Counted from the whole stretch's first letter, positions 1 to 12,761 are shown. The stretch is DNA of 63,957 nucleotides, filler included, from Reclinomonas americana ATCC 50394 (GCA_048213135.1; 21 parts of 21 records of this genome joined end to end with filler, not necessarily neighbours in it); one strand, 5' to 3'. Notes: generated by a model not told the origin, from the letters alone. Made by a program: numbers and translations.

Positions 1-768
1 TCTCTCCTCTCTCCCTTGTCCCTCCGCCCCTCTCTCTTGCTCTTCTCTCTCCCTTCCACCTCTGCCTCCTCTTTCTCTCTCCTTACGCTGACTCTCCTCT
101 CCTATTCTTCCTCCTCTTCATCTTCTTCTCCTCCTCCTCAACTTCTCCACCTCTCATTCTGTCTCTTTCTCTCTTCTTTATCTTCTCTTTGTCCCTCTCC
201 CCCTCGATAATATTCGCCTCGCGTTGTCTGCAAATCCCCGCAATAATTCCCATTTGACCGTCATTCCCCCGCTCTCGTGGTCTCCGCCCATTTCCCCCCC
301 CCCCCCTTGCTGTGTTTGTCACCCACGTTCTTTTTTCCTGTCGAGAATGACATGAAATGGCTGGTGTGCTCCTGTTTTCTCTCCCCCTCCCCCTCCCTCT
401 CACTCTTCCCCCTCCCCCTCCCTCTCACTCTCCCCCCTCACCCTCTTCCTCGTCCTCTTCCTCTTCCTCTTCCCTCATCCCTCATCCCTCATCCCTCATC
501 CCTCATCCCTCATCCCTCATCCCTCTCCCTCTCCCTCTCCCTCTCCCTCTCCCTCTCCCTCTCCTCTTCCACCTCTTGTCGGAGTTACATCGCTCTTCGC
601 TAATTTGTTCATCCACTCTCCCATTCTCATTCACTCACTCTTGTCCCTCACCCATTTGCTCATGTGTTCAGGTTCGAGAACGGGCGAGTCTGTCGCTATC
701 TGTGAGTAATTTTGCCCGCAGATCCAACATCCTTCGTATCTCATTACAAACTCATGTATGTGTGTCCA

Positions 769-1380
769 GCTGACATAAAGCAAGAGATCAGCGAGACGGC
801 GCAAAGGATTGAGGACTTGAAGGCAGAAATTCGCAGTGTTGCAAGCAAGATCACGGAGGTGGAGATGAAGGCGGCGATTGCCGAGCCCGGCAAGGAGCTA
901 GACTTTTGGCGTGCCGAGAAGCTTCTGTTGCGCGACGAGAAGAACAAGCTGCGCGACGAGATGAAGTCCTTGCGCGACGAGTTGAAGTCGTTGCGCGATG
1001 AGAAGCGGAAGAATGACAAGACGTCAACTGCTAGTATGTCGCCTTACACAAGCATATCAATCGACCTCGCTGCCTCAACTCACCGCCTCACTGCTGGCTT
1101 TGACAGAGTTGCTCGAGGAGCACATTGCTGCCATGCGCCGCGCCACTCTCTGGCACGTCAACCCCGCGACACAGGCGCGCACCAAGACCACCGACATTAC
1201 CAGCGCCACCTGCATTGAGCTAGAGCAAGGCATGCAGTGGCCCGGCACCACCTCGCGTGTCCTCTTTGTGCGTGACTTCTATGATCGGCTCTACTCGACA
1301 TCGGTTGGTCTTGGTGGCCTCGACCCCACTCGCTCATACTGCAAGCTCTCCAAGTTCTACATCACAGGCACCCCTGGCAT
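769..1380 (+). CDS. Crinkler/RHS-like effector fragment: coiled coil followed by the start of a P-loop NTPase (2 exons, 3' end missing)
   Basis: LRDEK-type heptads (LRDEKNKLRDEMKSLRDELKSLRDEK). After a GTATGT..ACAG intron come LFVRDFYDRLY and FYITGTPG(I), matching the LYxRxCY...ITGTPGIGKS pattern of CRN/RHS NTPases. A GTGAGT donor at 1381 interrupts Walker A. Confidence 0.55.
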
Positions 1381-1656
1381 GTGAGTTGCATTCACCGTCT
1401 CCCCCCCCTTTTCCCTCCCTTCCCTCCCTTCCCTCCCTTCCCTCCCTTCCCTCCCTTCCCTCCCTTTCCGCACTCCCTCCCTCCCTTCCCTTCTCCTCCC
1501 TCCCTTCCCTTATCCTCCCTCCCTTCCCTTATCCTCCCTCCCTTCCCTTATCCTCCCTCCCTTCCCTTATCCTCCCTCCCTCCCTTCTCCTCCCTCTCCC
1601 CCTCTCCCTTCCCCCCACTCACCCCCTTCCCCCTTTCCCCCTTCCCCTTCTTGCAG

Positions 1657-1958
1657 CCGCCCCGAAGCGCCTGGGAGGCCTCGGCGACGCCAAGGCACCG
1701 ACGGTGGAGTGCACCGACATTGCGAACAGCGTGCGCGCGGAGCTGGAGAGCAAGCACGGCCGCTCATTCGCCGTCTACAAGGTCAAGAGCTACGCCTCGC
1801 AGGTCGTCAACGGTGTGGTGTACTTTATCAAGATTCAGATTGCGGAGCCCGACGAGCACATTCATGTGCGCGTGCACCGCGGATTCGACGGCAAGATCGC
1901 CCTCGGCGCGTACCAGCAGAAGAAGTCGGACAGGGACGCGATTGTGTACTTCAACTAA
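1657..1958 (+). CDS. Type-1 cystatin (stefin-like) cysteine protease inhibitor, terminal exon
   Basis: N-terminal GG (RLGGLG), QVVNG (QxVxG) loop, YFIKIQI, HIHVRVH and C-terminal DAIVYF. Preceded by a TTGCAG acceptor; TAA stop at 1958. Confidence 0.88.
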
Positions 1959-2093
1959 GTGATTTTCGCTTTCCTCTCTTCATTTTTTGGTGGTGGCAGG
2001 AGCCCTCTTGTGGTCGCACAGTTGGTGGGATCGCAAAGTAATGAAAGTGGGAGACTGCCTCGGTGATTGTCACGTCGTTTGTTGTGCGCTACA

Positions 2094-5000
2094 TTACATC
2101 AATGAGCATTTTCCCTTGCGCGATCTTGCGTCGGCGACAACGAGTGGTGGCGGTTGTGCCAATGGAGTCGCTTGTTGCTGATGTTGATGGTCCTGGTCAC
2201 GACGGCGTCGGCATTCGGTCAGCGCAACGATGGCGTCCGCCGTCTTCGGATGCTCAGTGCCAAGCACCGCTCGCCGACCATCCATGCACTCCACCAGCAT
2301 TGCCTCGGACTCAGCCCACCATTGCTGCTCTGTGAGCAGAGTGCCGTAGTTGTACATCGTGTGCAGCGTTCTCACATGCCTATCACCCAACACTTCACGT
2401 CGTCCCTCCAAGCACTCGCGGTACAAATCAGCACCTTCCGCCAGTGATTCTGGTGTCCCTTGTCGCACGAGAGAAACTCCAAGATTGTTCATCGAAGTGA
2501 GGCTGTCAGGATGCCGATCACCCAGTGCGACACGCGTCAACAGCAAACAATCTCGGTTAAGTTGAATCTTTTCTGCAAGACGACTGCCATCTTGAATGCA
2601 TGCGGCAACATTGCTCATGGACGCTAGTGTGACTGGATGCTCTGCTCCCAGAACCAGTCGTCGCATCTCCCAGCACCGTCTGTCGACTGTCTCAGCCTCA
2701 TGATATTGCCTTTCGTTGAACTGGTGTTTGGCTTGGTAGTACAATGTGACCAGGGTGTCAGGATGACACTCACCCAGTATCGCGTACTGCTGCTCATGAC
2801 ACTGAACCAAAAACGAGAAGTTTTTCGACTGGTAAGCATACCACATCAAACAGCGGAATGCGTCCATCGTGTCAAGCACAGTCATCTCGCCACTACCATC
2901 TTTTTGCCACTCCTCATACAGTCGCCACGCCCGCTGCCACGCCACATTACAGTTGTCCACCTCACGAAGTATATCGTAAAGTACCGCTCGTGACTTAGCC
3001 ACCACACTGGCAAACCGTCGTCGCACTAGACCGATCTCCACAAGGCCGCTTCCGTGCTGTTCCCACTCCGTCACGCGCCGCACCAGCAACAAGGCTAATG
3101 ATTCACTGAATCCGCGAGGCGGAAGATTTCGACTGCCGCACTGCTCACCAATCCATCCCACAGCTCCACACTGCACCAGCAAACCATTCACGCCAACGAT
3201 ATTACTCGCCCACATGCCATCATCCTCACCCAACCGCCGCCACACTGCGTGAAGCACACCGAGCAAGTCACGCGCCACCAATAGTACACCGTCACTGTCA
3301 TTCCACAGATCAATGCCATTCAGCACACAGCACACCAGTCGCACAATCAGTCGCTGCATCCGTGACACTGCATTCCCACACCGCCCCACAATCCATCCAG
3401 CAATCTCATCGTGCACTCGATACTCCACCGCCACTCCGCCACTCTCTCCCACCTGCCCCCCACACAACACACGAGCCACACTGTCCATGCTGCCGCTGAC
3501 ACCCACTGTCACCAGATTCGACAAGCACAAACCCTCTAACACATCCTCCACTCCGTCGTCACCTCTACCACCGCCCACCAACTCATCACGACGTGAACGC
3601 ACTCGCTGCTCCTCCTCCACACTCATCTCGTCAAACTGCAGTTCCTCACCCACCACCTCGGGTGCACGCCGTCGCCTCTCCTTCGCCAACTCATGCAATC
3701 GCAGTCGACGCACACACTGACCCAACTCCACCAGTCGAATTGCTGCCTCCTCATCTTCATCCACTGCTGCCTGCTCACCACCATCGCCACCGCCCACTGC
3801 CATGGTCACATCGGGAATCACTCGCAACACACCCAGCGCCACTCGTGCAAGTGCCACCGTCACTGGCAAGCCGAGCTCCTTGCATGCCGTGATCAGCACC
3901 AACAGACGACGTGCTGCTGCTGTCTGTGACATCACATTGCGCTCCAGCAGCTGCGACAGCGCATCGCCACCAACTCCAACCAGTACCTCCTCCAGTCGCG
4001 CTCCCATCAACTGTGCAGGCGATTGTGACAGCAACCAGCTGCATGACGAAGAAGAAGAGACAAGAGTGAGGCTTCTCATCCAAGTCATGCACTCACTCAC
4101 TCACATTCACTCACCCAACACAAGCACCCACCCGTAGAGCACTCTTCTCTTGATGCCCACTCTCCAGCGCCTCCACAATCCGTCGTCGCACATCCCCAGG
4201 CACCTTATGGAGCAGCCGCTCCTCCACCAGTTGCACAATGTCCTCGTTCTCCACATTCTCCACCCGCACACACTCCACCTCCGCCTCGTGCATCATCGAG
4301 TCACGAAGCTCATCCGCCACTCGTCCATATCGACTCGTTACCACCACAATCGGTGCCACCATTCCACCTGAGCAGACACACATAGATGTTACACATCAAT
4401 GTCAGGATCCAACATCCAACCAAGAAGGAGAATCCCTTGATTGACGCACCCTCATCAGCACACTGAACAACACTCCTCACTTGCTCCACCGATCCCACAT
4501 TGTCCAGCACCATCGCACCACTCGATGCATGCATCACATGTCGCAGGAGACGACGCACTGGCTCCAGCTCGCCACTCGCCAGCAGCGCATCCACCTGACC
4601 AGCCATCCTTCGTCCCTCCACTTCATCCACTCGGATCTGAGCCGTCACAAAGGCACGCAGACACTCACCCAGAGCACTCTCCGCCTGCATCAAGTGGCAA
4701 GGAGAGAGAGGAAGAGAGTCAGAATGACAGCAGAAGAAGATGCTGGAACAAGGAAAGACAACAGCAGCACCTTCACATGCTCCCTCGCATCACCCACATG
4801 ACCACGCATCTCCACTGACACGGCCGATCCCTTCCATCGACGAGTGACTTGTAACTCGGTCACCAGAAGCTCGGCCAGGAACGACTTTCCAGTGCCACCA
4901 TCGCCCGTCAACACCACCACGATTGGTTGACGTGCTGCGCAAGAATCATCCACCACAGAAAAACCATGATGAGACACATGAATGTGGAGAAGGTTGATGG

Positions 5001-6521
5001 AGAAGGCGAATGAACACCCAACCTTCAACAGCATCCACAATACGCGTGGCGAGTGAAGCTGCGAGGGCACGTCGACTGGGGAAGCGGAACGCGGTCACTG
5101 GATTGACGGTGCGCGCGATGAGCGGTGTCTTGGATGCATGACTGCTGTCCGGCGCTGCGGCATTGTGAAAGAGTGAGCTCAACAATTCACATTCAGTGCA
5201 GGTCCATCATGGAACATACCAGCAGCTGACAGAGAGGAGAGCGAGATGGTAATAGTGCTCAGCTGCTGTCGCATGAGTTCCATCTCAGCACGCATGACAG
5301 TTTGCATATCTGTCCGCATCTGCAGATTATTGGTCAGCGAAACGAGTGAACGAATTGCAGACAAGTAATACCGATCATCGCCTTCAACTCAACATGCTCT
5401 ATGTGCTCCAGCAGCAAGGACTGGTCTGCTTGACTCATCGCGCCTGCATTCACACACAACCAAGACAGCATCAGCTTCCTCGCTCAATCAAATCATCCAC
5501 AACCAAGCACCAGCCATCTCACTCACCATCACGAGCCTCGTTCAGCTGCAACACCAGCTCCTCCTCCACATCCCTGCCAATATGCAGTCGTCGCACGAGC
5601 TGGTGCAACTCGCCCTCTCCTTCTCGTTCTCCTAGCAGAGGCACAAAGAGTGCACGAGCTCGTGCAAGACTCGCTTGCTCAAACACCTCTCTCAGCCGCT
5701 CGATTGCATTGCGCTGTGTACCAATGAGAGAGTGAGCGACATAATCACAGAGACTTCTCATTTTCACACACTCACCACATCGCCAGCTGGAATCAGACGA
5801 TCCGGCTTGTCTCTGGGGTGCTCTCGATGACCCGCCAGAAGCAAGATCGAGCAACACAGCATCGCATCAAACGAACTGCAGTCGTGCAGCTGGCCTCGCT
5901 GATGCCATTCGCGCACCAGCTGACACTCCTTGTCGTTCAACTTGACACACATGGCCACTCCGTCTAAAATGGTGCTGCATGGTGGGGAATGGCACAAAGA
6001 AAGAGAGGATGCTGGTGAGTGACGGAATGTGTACGACAAGAAGAGGGGGGCATCATCACGGATTGAATGAACAGCTGTGTGGCGGTGAGAGCAACAATGA
6101 GAGAAAAGGAGAAAGGGATGACCAGTGCGTCAACATGCTTGCGGCAATCCTTCTGTCTTCTCTCTCTCATTCGCATCTCCACCTGCACCTTGCCAGTGTG
6201 TGCTTCCACATTACCCACACACTCACCGCACATCACGCTCACTCGGCACCTTGCACCACTCGGCGACGTGATTCACATCAGGATACGAATCGAGAAACGC
6301 CCGCAGCACTTGCTCGAGTTTGGATTGCAGAGCGCGGGTGCATGGGGAGGACAATGCTTTGGCAAGGCGCACCAAACATTCCTCATCGCCAGCATCGAGA
6401 TGATGACTGCACGAAGGAGGAGAGGCGAGCGAACGAAGAACACAATGAGATGATGATGACGTTACAACAACACAATGAGAGAGACACGCAACTCCCGCGG
6501 CACTCCACTCCCACTCGCCAT
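2094..6521 (-). CDS. NLR-like STAND (NB-ARC-like) NTPase with C-terminal kinesin-light-chain-type TPR repeats and a putative DZIP3-like HEPN N-terminal domain (~11 exons)
   Basis: Phase-compatible exon chain from ATG at 6521. Walker A VVVLTGDGGTGKS (~4880-4920), Walker B AMVLDNV (~4500), sensor-like IVVVTSR (~4340). TPRs with LGxxHPxTL motifs (LGECHPDTL, LGAEHPVTLASMSNVA, LGDRHPDSLTSMNNLG, LGTEHPKT) lie in a ~1.9-kb last exon. Confidence 0.82.
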
Positions 6522-7148
6522 GATGGTGCGTCACAACAAGAAGAACAACAGCACACTGACAGATGCACAGGAAAATGACACGCTCTGAAAAACGCGGGAA
6601 TATGCAACAACTCACTCGCTTTCTCTCTTGCACACACACACACGCAGTGGGGAATGCCACTGACACAGAAATAACGAGAACGCACAGTCTCTTCTGCTCA
6701 CAGCAGCAGCAGCAAACCACGACAAACAACACATTGTGGGACATAACTTCCGTCGCAGCGGTATGCATGGTGGCTCATCAGACAGAATACCGCGTCACCA
6801 AGCAGAAACATGTGCTTCATGTGCACTGTGTCGCGGCACACGCGCCAGTGAAATATCGGTGATCGATGGAACGTCGACGTCAAGTCTTTCTCTGGAGAAG
6901 AACGGAAGCGTTTGCAGGTTCATGTGTCATTCGCGACACCAGACCGGCTTCTGTTGCACGTAGTCGGCACTCCTCCGACCTTTCTACAGCATCTGCCTTC
7001 TCCGAAGCACCGTTCGCCTTCCACCAGTCTTGTGCACCAAACACCGCAGCGCTCGCGTTCTGCACAGTTGGCCAACGTTGTCCATCGGCCACTCCCTTTC
7101 CCTCTCTCTTCCCTTTCCCCCTTCTCACCTTTCCTTCCACTTCACTCA

Positions 7149-9033
7149 TCACCTCACCCCACCAACCCTCCCACCCGCCTTCACCTCCACCTGCTTCCCC
7201 TTCTTCTTCGCCATCTTATCCCCCTTCGCCGACGGCAGCACATGCGTAAACTTGACCTTGCCCTCGCGCGTCTGCAACCGCTCCACATGCTCCTCCAGCA
7301 ACCACACGTACTGCTCAATCGGAAAACTGCGCAGATTGCGCGCATTCAGCCGCGGTATCCGCGAGTCGGGCTCCGGCGCAAAAATGCGCTCCACGGACAG
7401 CGGTGGGCCTGTGGTGGCACGATGAGCTCGACGGCAGAGGGAGAAGAGATATCGTAAATAAAACAAACCATCGTCATCCTTCAGGAACGACATGGCCGCC
7501 TGCACATCGTCGTCGCTGTCATCGTCGACCACTGCGCGACCCTCGTCATCACTATCCGACTGCCGACGTGCCTGCGCAGCCGCTCCCTTGCCAGCCCAAG
7601 CGCGCTTGACTCCACCGAGCTGCTGCTGCGGCTGCGGTTGCTGCTGTTGATTCTGCTGCTGCTCGCCCAACGGCTTGGGGGCGCCGAATCGCCGCGGTGG
7701 GCCACCCGCCGACGGCGAGCGCGGTCGAGATGCCGACTTGGCACGCTTGCCACCCGCCGAGCTGGCCCGCGACGCCAGACGGCCACTGCGTGGTGAAACA
7801 CTGCGCGCCACTCGTGATGGCGACATGCTGCCGCGATCCCATCTTGTCTGCACGCGAGTCTTGACGGCGTTCCAGTTGAGTTTGGCCGGACGGCGCGGCA
7901 GCTCCGACTTGCGCGACCGTTTCAGGTACGCACGACTGCCGGGCGTCGCCGCCTGTGCGCCAAGTGCAGCCGCCGACCCCACCACACCGTCGCCGTCGCT
8001 CTCCTCCCCTGCTTCGGCATGGTGATGATGGCGATGCGCGACCTCCTCCTCTTCCTGTTCCTCCTCTTGTTCCCGCGGTGCCACCTCTTCGGGGCGCGGC
8101 CGCTGCGGTACACGCATTCGCCGAGGTCGTCGCCCGCGCCTTTCCTGCGCCGTTGGCAGTTGATTCTCTCCGTCATGTCTCTCTTCGGCTTCTTCGTGCT
8201 CCACGTGCGCGGCGTGGGTCGGCGATGAGGGTTGTGAGTGGCCTGCGTCGACTGTTAGTTGACGGAGTAGGAATCCCAAGACTCTGAGAGCACACACACC
8301 TCCTCCCACATGATTCTCGTCGCCGTGTGGGCGATCGCTGCAGGTTACGGCCAAGAGTTAGAAAATATGTAGCCTTTCGCCCTTTCCCTTTCCCCCACAC
8401 TCACCGCGCACTGTTGGGCGCCGAACCACCGAGCGCCTTGGAGGCCACTGGCTTGCGTGTGGCAGGCGGCGGAATCACACTCTTGACGGTCTTGCGCACG
8501 AGTCGGTGTTGAGCACGCGGTTGCAGCGACTGCACTTGTGCGCGACGCGGCGGAATGCGCCCCTCGCGCAGATACGCATCGAGCGTATCCTGCGCCGTCT
8601 GCAACGTGCCCTCCAGTCGACGGACGAATGCCGGCCCACCGAGCGAGCGCTCATTCATGGAGTTGCCGTCGCGCAGCAGTTCACGCACGTCGGTGATCTC
8701 GGCGCGCAAGCTCTGCGCGTAACGCGAGCGCAGCAGTGAACGGATGCGGTAGCCACGCACCAGCGCCCCAATGCGCGACAGCGCCCATTCTTGTGAGCCA
8801 CGTGGTGCGCGCTCATCGGGACCGCTTCCGCGTCGTCGACGCGCTGCTGCTGCAGGAGCTGCTGCAGGCGGTGGTAGTGGTGGTTGGTGCTTCACCACCA
8901 CGGCTGGCGGCTCTGGTACCTGCGGTGGTGCCGCTGGCTGACTCGGTTGTCGCACATGCGCGACACTGCTGCTCTTTGCGGGAACCGGTGGCGGTGGCAT
9001 GGGAGCGCTGGAAGGGGACGTCGGCGCCGAGCG
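7149..9033 (-). CDS. IQ-motif-containing, low-complexity protein (5' truncated by gap; 3' end uncertain)
   Basis: IGALVRGYRIRSLL is IQ-like (ORF 8401-9000). GTGAGT donor near 8404, then a coding-like downstream exon (LNWNAVKTRVQTRW ... FPIEQYVWLLEEHVERLQ). Confidence 0.5.
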
Positions 9034-9133
9034 NNNNNNNNNNNNNNNNNNNNNNNNNNNNNNNNNNNNNNNNNNNNTTAATTAATTAANNNNNNNNNNN
9101 NNNNNNNNNNNNNNNNNNNNNNNNNNNNNNNNN
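9034..9133. other. Artificial contig/scaffold linker N..TTAATTAATTAA..N (first of 20)
   Basis: Identical spacer with stops in all six frames. It recurs near 13344, 20839, 23061, 26209, 27462, 29034, 31726, 37762, 39358, 41003, 45500, 47216, 50068, 52563, 54396, 56616, 58503, 59969 and 62734. Confidence 0.98.
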
Positions 9134-10073
9134 TTCTTCTTCTTCTTCTTCTTCTTCTTCTTCTTCTTCTTCTTCTTCTTCTTCTTCTTCATTAGTGGTG
9201 TTGATTGGTAATGCGGTGTGTGAGGCGATGAGTGGAGTGGTGCGACGGCATGCGAGGTTTGATCAGGTGAGGAGAGAGGGGAAGGAGGGAGGGAGAGAGA
9301 GAGAGGCAAGGCAACACTTCACTCACTCTTTTGTTGTCCTTCCCTTGTTCAACCCTACCCTGTCTTGCTTTGTCACGGAGGGTTGAAGAGGCAAGCCGAC
9401 GCTTTGACGTGCTCTTGCCTCCCTCTTCTGTCTCCATCTCCTGCTCCTTGTTTCGCTCTTCAGTCTTGTATTCTCTGCGCCGATCTCTGCACACAGAGAG
9501 AAGGGCTGGAGAGACAAGCCAACACTTCACTCCCTCGTTTGTTTCTCTTCTCTTCCTTGTTTGCAACCCTGTCTCGCGTTCTGAGGGAGGGTTGAAGAGG
9601 CAACCCGACGCTTTGACCTGCTCCTCCTCCTCCTCATTCTCTCCATCTCCTTCTCCGTTGGTTCTTGTCGCTCTTTCAATCTGTTGCATTCGCTGCGCCG
9701 ATCTGTCTCTTTCTGCAGATGGACTGTGCAGCTTGCAGAGAGAGGGAGAGGGAGAGGAAAGCCATCGCTTTGACCTCCTCTCCCCCCTCGCCTGTGTTGT
9801 CCTTCATTCACGCTCTTGCTTTCTCTCTGCAGCTCTTTTTCTCTTCCGCTTCTTTCTTCAGATAGGCCGACAAGCATGCAGCAAAGAGACGGAAGATGAG
9901 AGAACCCCTTTCGTCCTTTGCTCTCCTGCCGAACTCTATTCATCTCTGCGTTCCCCGTTCCCTCGCTGTCGCTTTCTGTCGTGCATTGCGCTCCCTTTCT
10001 GTCTCTCCTCCACTATTCTTGTCTTCCTATCTCATTTGTCTCCCTTCCCTCTCTCACTTCCCTTCCTTCACAG

Positions 10074-12728
10074 GCCTCCACCATCTACTCGCTCACCGGC
10101 ACCTCGCACAAGGAGGTGCACGAATCATTCCCCTCCCACTCTGTCATCGTGGAGCCAGCGGTGCGTTCATGCATGCCCCTCTCCAATCGCCATCCCCTTC
10201 AACCCTCACTTCCCCTCACTTCCCCTCGGTCAGCTTATTTCCGAGGACGACCTGGTCTTCACAACCGACGGCCGCGTGCTCATTGCCCGCTCATGCCGAC
10301 AAAACCACGAGCGCGACGAGGAGAAGGAGCACCAGTGGCACGCCACCAAGGAGGTCATGCTGGTCGACACGGCGCTCCCGCTCCTCCAACTGTACTCCAC
10401 CGAGTTCTTTCACATTGTTGCCGACTCGCTGGCTCGACTCGTGCAGGTGCTTGGATGATAGTGCTCGTTGAGTGGCGCGAGTGCGAAGCTCATGCCCGTG
10501 TACGCGCTGCAGGTGTGGGACGAGGTGTACGCCGACCGCTCCATCGTCATTCTCACGCGCAGCTCGAGTGCCGGCGGCAGTCAGCTGACCTGTGACTTTT
10601 TCGCCACGCTCGGCATCGATTGCAATCGGGTGCGGCACGGAGTAGGAGGAGAACAGGGAGAGAAGCATCGATGCTGACTCGTTTGTTGTCAGATTATCAT
10701 GGATCCACCTCCAGTGATTGCACGCAAGGCGTACTTTACCAGCGGAGTCCACTGCTGCCAGCCGCACCCTGCGGTGATCAACGAGCTGTCACGTGTATTC
10801 CGGCTGTTGCATGGCGACCTCATTCGTGCGGCGATGCGGGAGCTGTGGGAGCGTTGCGTTGAGGCAGACAGCCATAGAACAAGGAGATGAAGAAGAGAAA
10901 AGAGAAGAAGCAATGCTGTTCGTCTTTCTCCAACTCTTCACCTCCTCGCGTGTCTGTTCGACAGAAGAGAAAGGTCCTGAGTGGAGGAAACAGAGGAGAC
11001 CAGGTTCATCTCCTCTCTCTTCTTCCTTTCGCTTTCCTTTCTCTTCTATTTCCTCCGCTGTTTTCATTCTGTTCTTCTGTTCACAGAGAATGGGAGGATG
11101 AGAGCTTCCATTCAGTCCTTTCCCTTTTTCTCTTTCATTCCCATTCTCTGTGAACAGAATGAAAACAGCGAAAGAGGAGAGAGCTGAGAAAGAAAGCGTT
11201 GGGGAAGGAAAGCGAGAGAGCTTCCGCATTTTGCCCTCCCCTTTTTCTCTTTCATTCCCATTCTCTGTGAACAGAATGAAAACAGCGGAAGAGTAGAGGG
11301 AAGAGTAAGAAAAGCGAACAAAAGGAAGAGAGAGAGCTTTGCATTCCGGCCCACCTCCCTTTCTCTCTGTTCATTCCCACTCTCTGTGCACTGAAGGGGA
11401 ATAGTGAAAGAGGTGAAAACAGAGAAAGAAAAGCGTTGGTGAGAGAAAGCAAGAGAGCTTGCAGCATTCCTGCCCACTCTCGTCCAAGAAAAAGGAAAAG
11501 AAGGAACAGGAAGACGAACAGGCGAAAGAAAAAAGAACACAGCAAAAGGGGACAACGGTTGACTCATCCCTTCCCTTCTCTAATCTCTTTCTCCCTCTTG
11601 TCTTTCTTATTACGCTTCCATGGGAAGAGGGAAGAACTCTGCAATGTCGTTCTCCTTCCCCTTAAATTCCCTTCCCTCATATTCCCCCCTTCCAGCCCGC
11701 CGCCTCACCTGGCTCACCACCCGCCGCCACCCCGCCCTCCGCCGCGTCGCCCTCCTGCAGCGCACCGGCGTACGCCACCTGCGCAACCACGACGAGATTG
11801 TCACCATGATCGCCCGCGAGTTCCCGCACTTTGAAGTGTCGGTGCTGCCGCCCGACACCACGCCCATGCACGGCATTTTCGAGTTCACCGCCGCCGACGT
11901 TGTGCTGGGCCCGCACGGCGCCGGCTTTGTGTTTCGCGCTTTCGTGACCAGTCGTCCGTGTGCGCATGTGGAGATTGTGGCCGGGCCGGAGGCGTCGTGG
12001 GATCCCACGCATGTGAGTATGGCGGCCATGAAGGTTTGTGTGGGGGAGGGGGGAAGGGAAGAAAAGGGGAAAGGAGAACGGGATCACTGGAGGAAAAAGA
12101 GGAACAGGTGGAGAAAAAAGAGGAAGAGGAGGAGGAGGAGAAAGAGGTCGTTTAAGAGGAAGAGAAAAATGAGGAGGAGAAATGGAAGAGAATGACGAAG
12201 ATAACCACAACTTCCTCCTCCTCCTCATTCTCTTCCTCATGCTCCTTTCTTCTCGAATCGTCACCATGCAACTCTCCTCCACCTTGTCTTCTTTCTCGAC
12301 CTCGTCCTCCTCCTCTCTCTTTCCCGACCTCATCCTCCTCTTCTCTGTCCTTCACTGCCCTTTCGTCGACTTCCTCCTCATCATTCCTCTCCACTTCCTC
12401 CTGGTTCTCTTCTTGTGAGCCCCGTTCAGCACTTCACCACCACCACCACGAGGCGAAGAGTTGAGCAAAGAACGTAGCCAACAAGAAGAGAAAGAGGGGC
12501 AGACGATCGTGGATCATGCAGTCTCTCTCTCCCTCACTCTCTCTCACTCTCCCTCACCCTTTCCCGAATAACCAGGGATGCAAGACCTTTGTGTACGTGG
12601 ACGCCAGTGCCACTCGTGACACGTCGCTGCATGCGCCACCCGCCAGTGTGGCCGCCATGCTGCGTCAGGCGGACGAGTACCTTGCCGGACTCGATTTGTG
12701 GAGTGCACGACTGGCGCGAGGAGCATGA
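10074..12728 (+). CDS. Glycosyltransferase family 61 (DUF563-like) protein, 5' incomplete, ~6 exons
   Basis: FFHIVADSLARL (GT61 N-terminal His motif), RHLRNHDEI and FTAADVVLGPHGAG hallmark. Exons near 10074-10160, 10234-10446, 10513-10629, 10693-10826, 11695-12033 and 12577-12728 have GT-AG borders. Confidence 0.78.
11040..11480. repeat. Intronic imperfect tandem repeat, ~120-bp unit
   Basis: Recurring TTCATTCCCA(T/C)TCTCTGTG, followed by AACAGAATGAAAACAGCG in the first two copies, at ~11133, 11251 and 11369. Confidence 0.7.
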
Positions 12729-12761
12729 CTTATTACCACCGTCTTCTCCCTCATAACCATC

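Noticed and set aside
9034..9133. TTAATTAATTAA palindrome repeated 20 times
   Set aside because: Always centred in N runs; a synthetic six-frame-stop linker, not biology.
10447..10512. In-frame TGA TAG in the GT61 frame suggesting stop-codon reassignment
   Set aside because: The stops fall inside a 66-nt GT-AG intron. Modelled genes end in TAA or TGA, consistent with the standard code.
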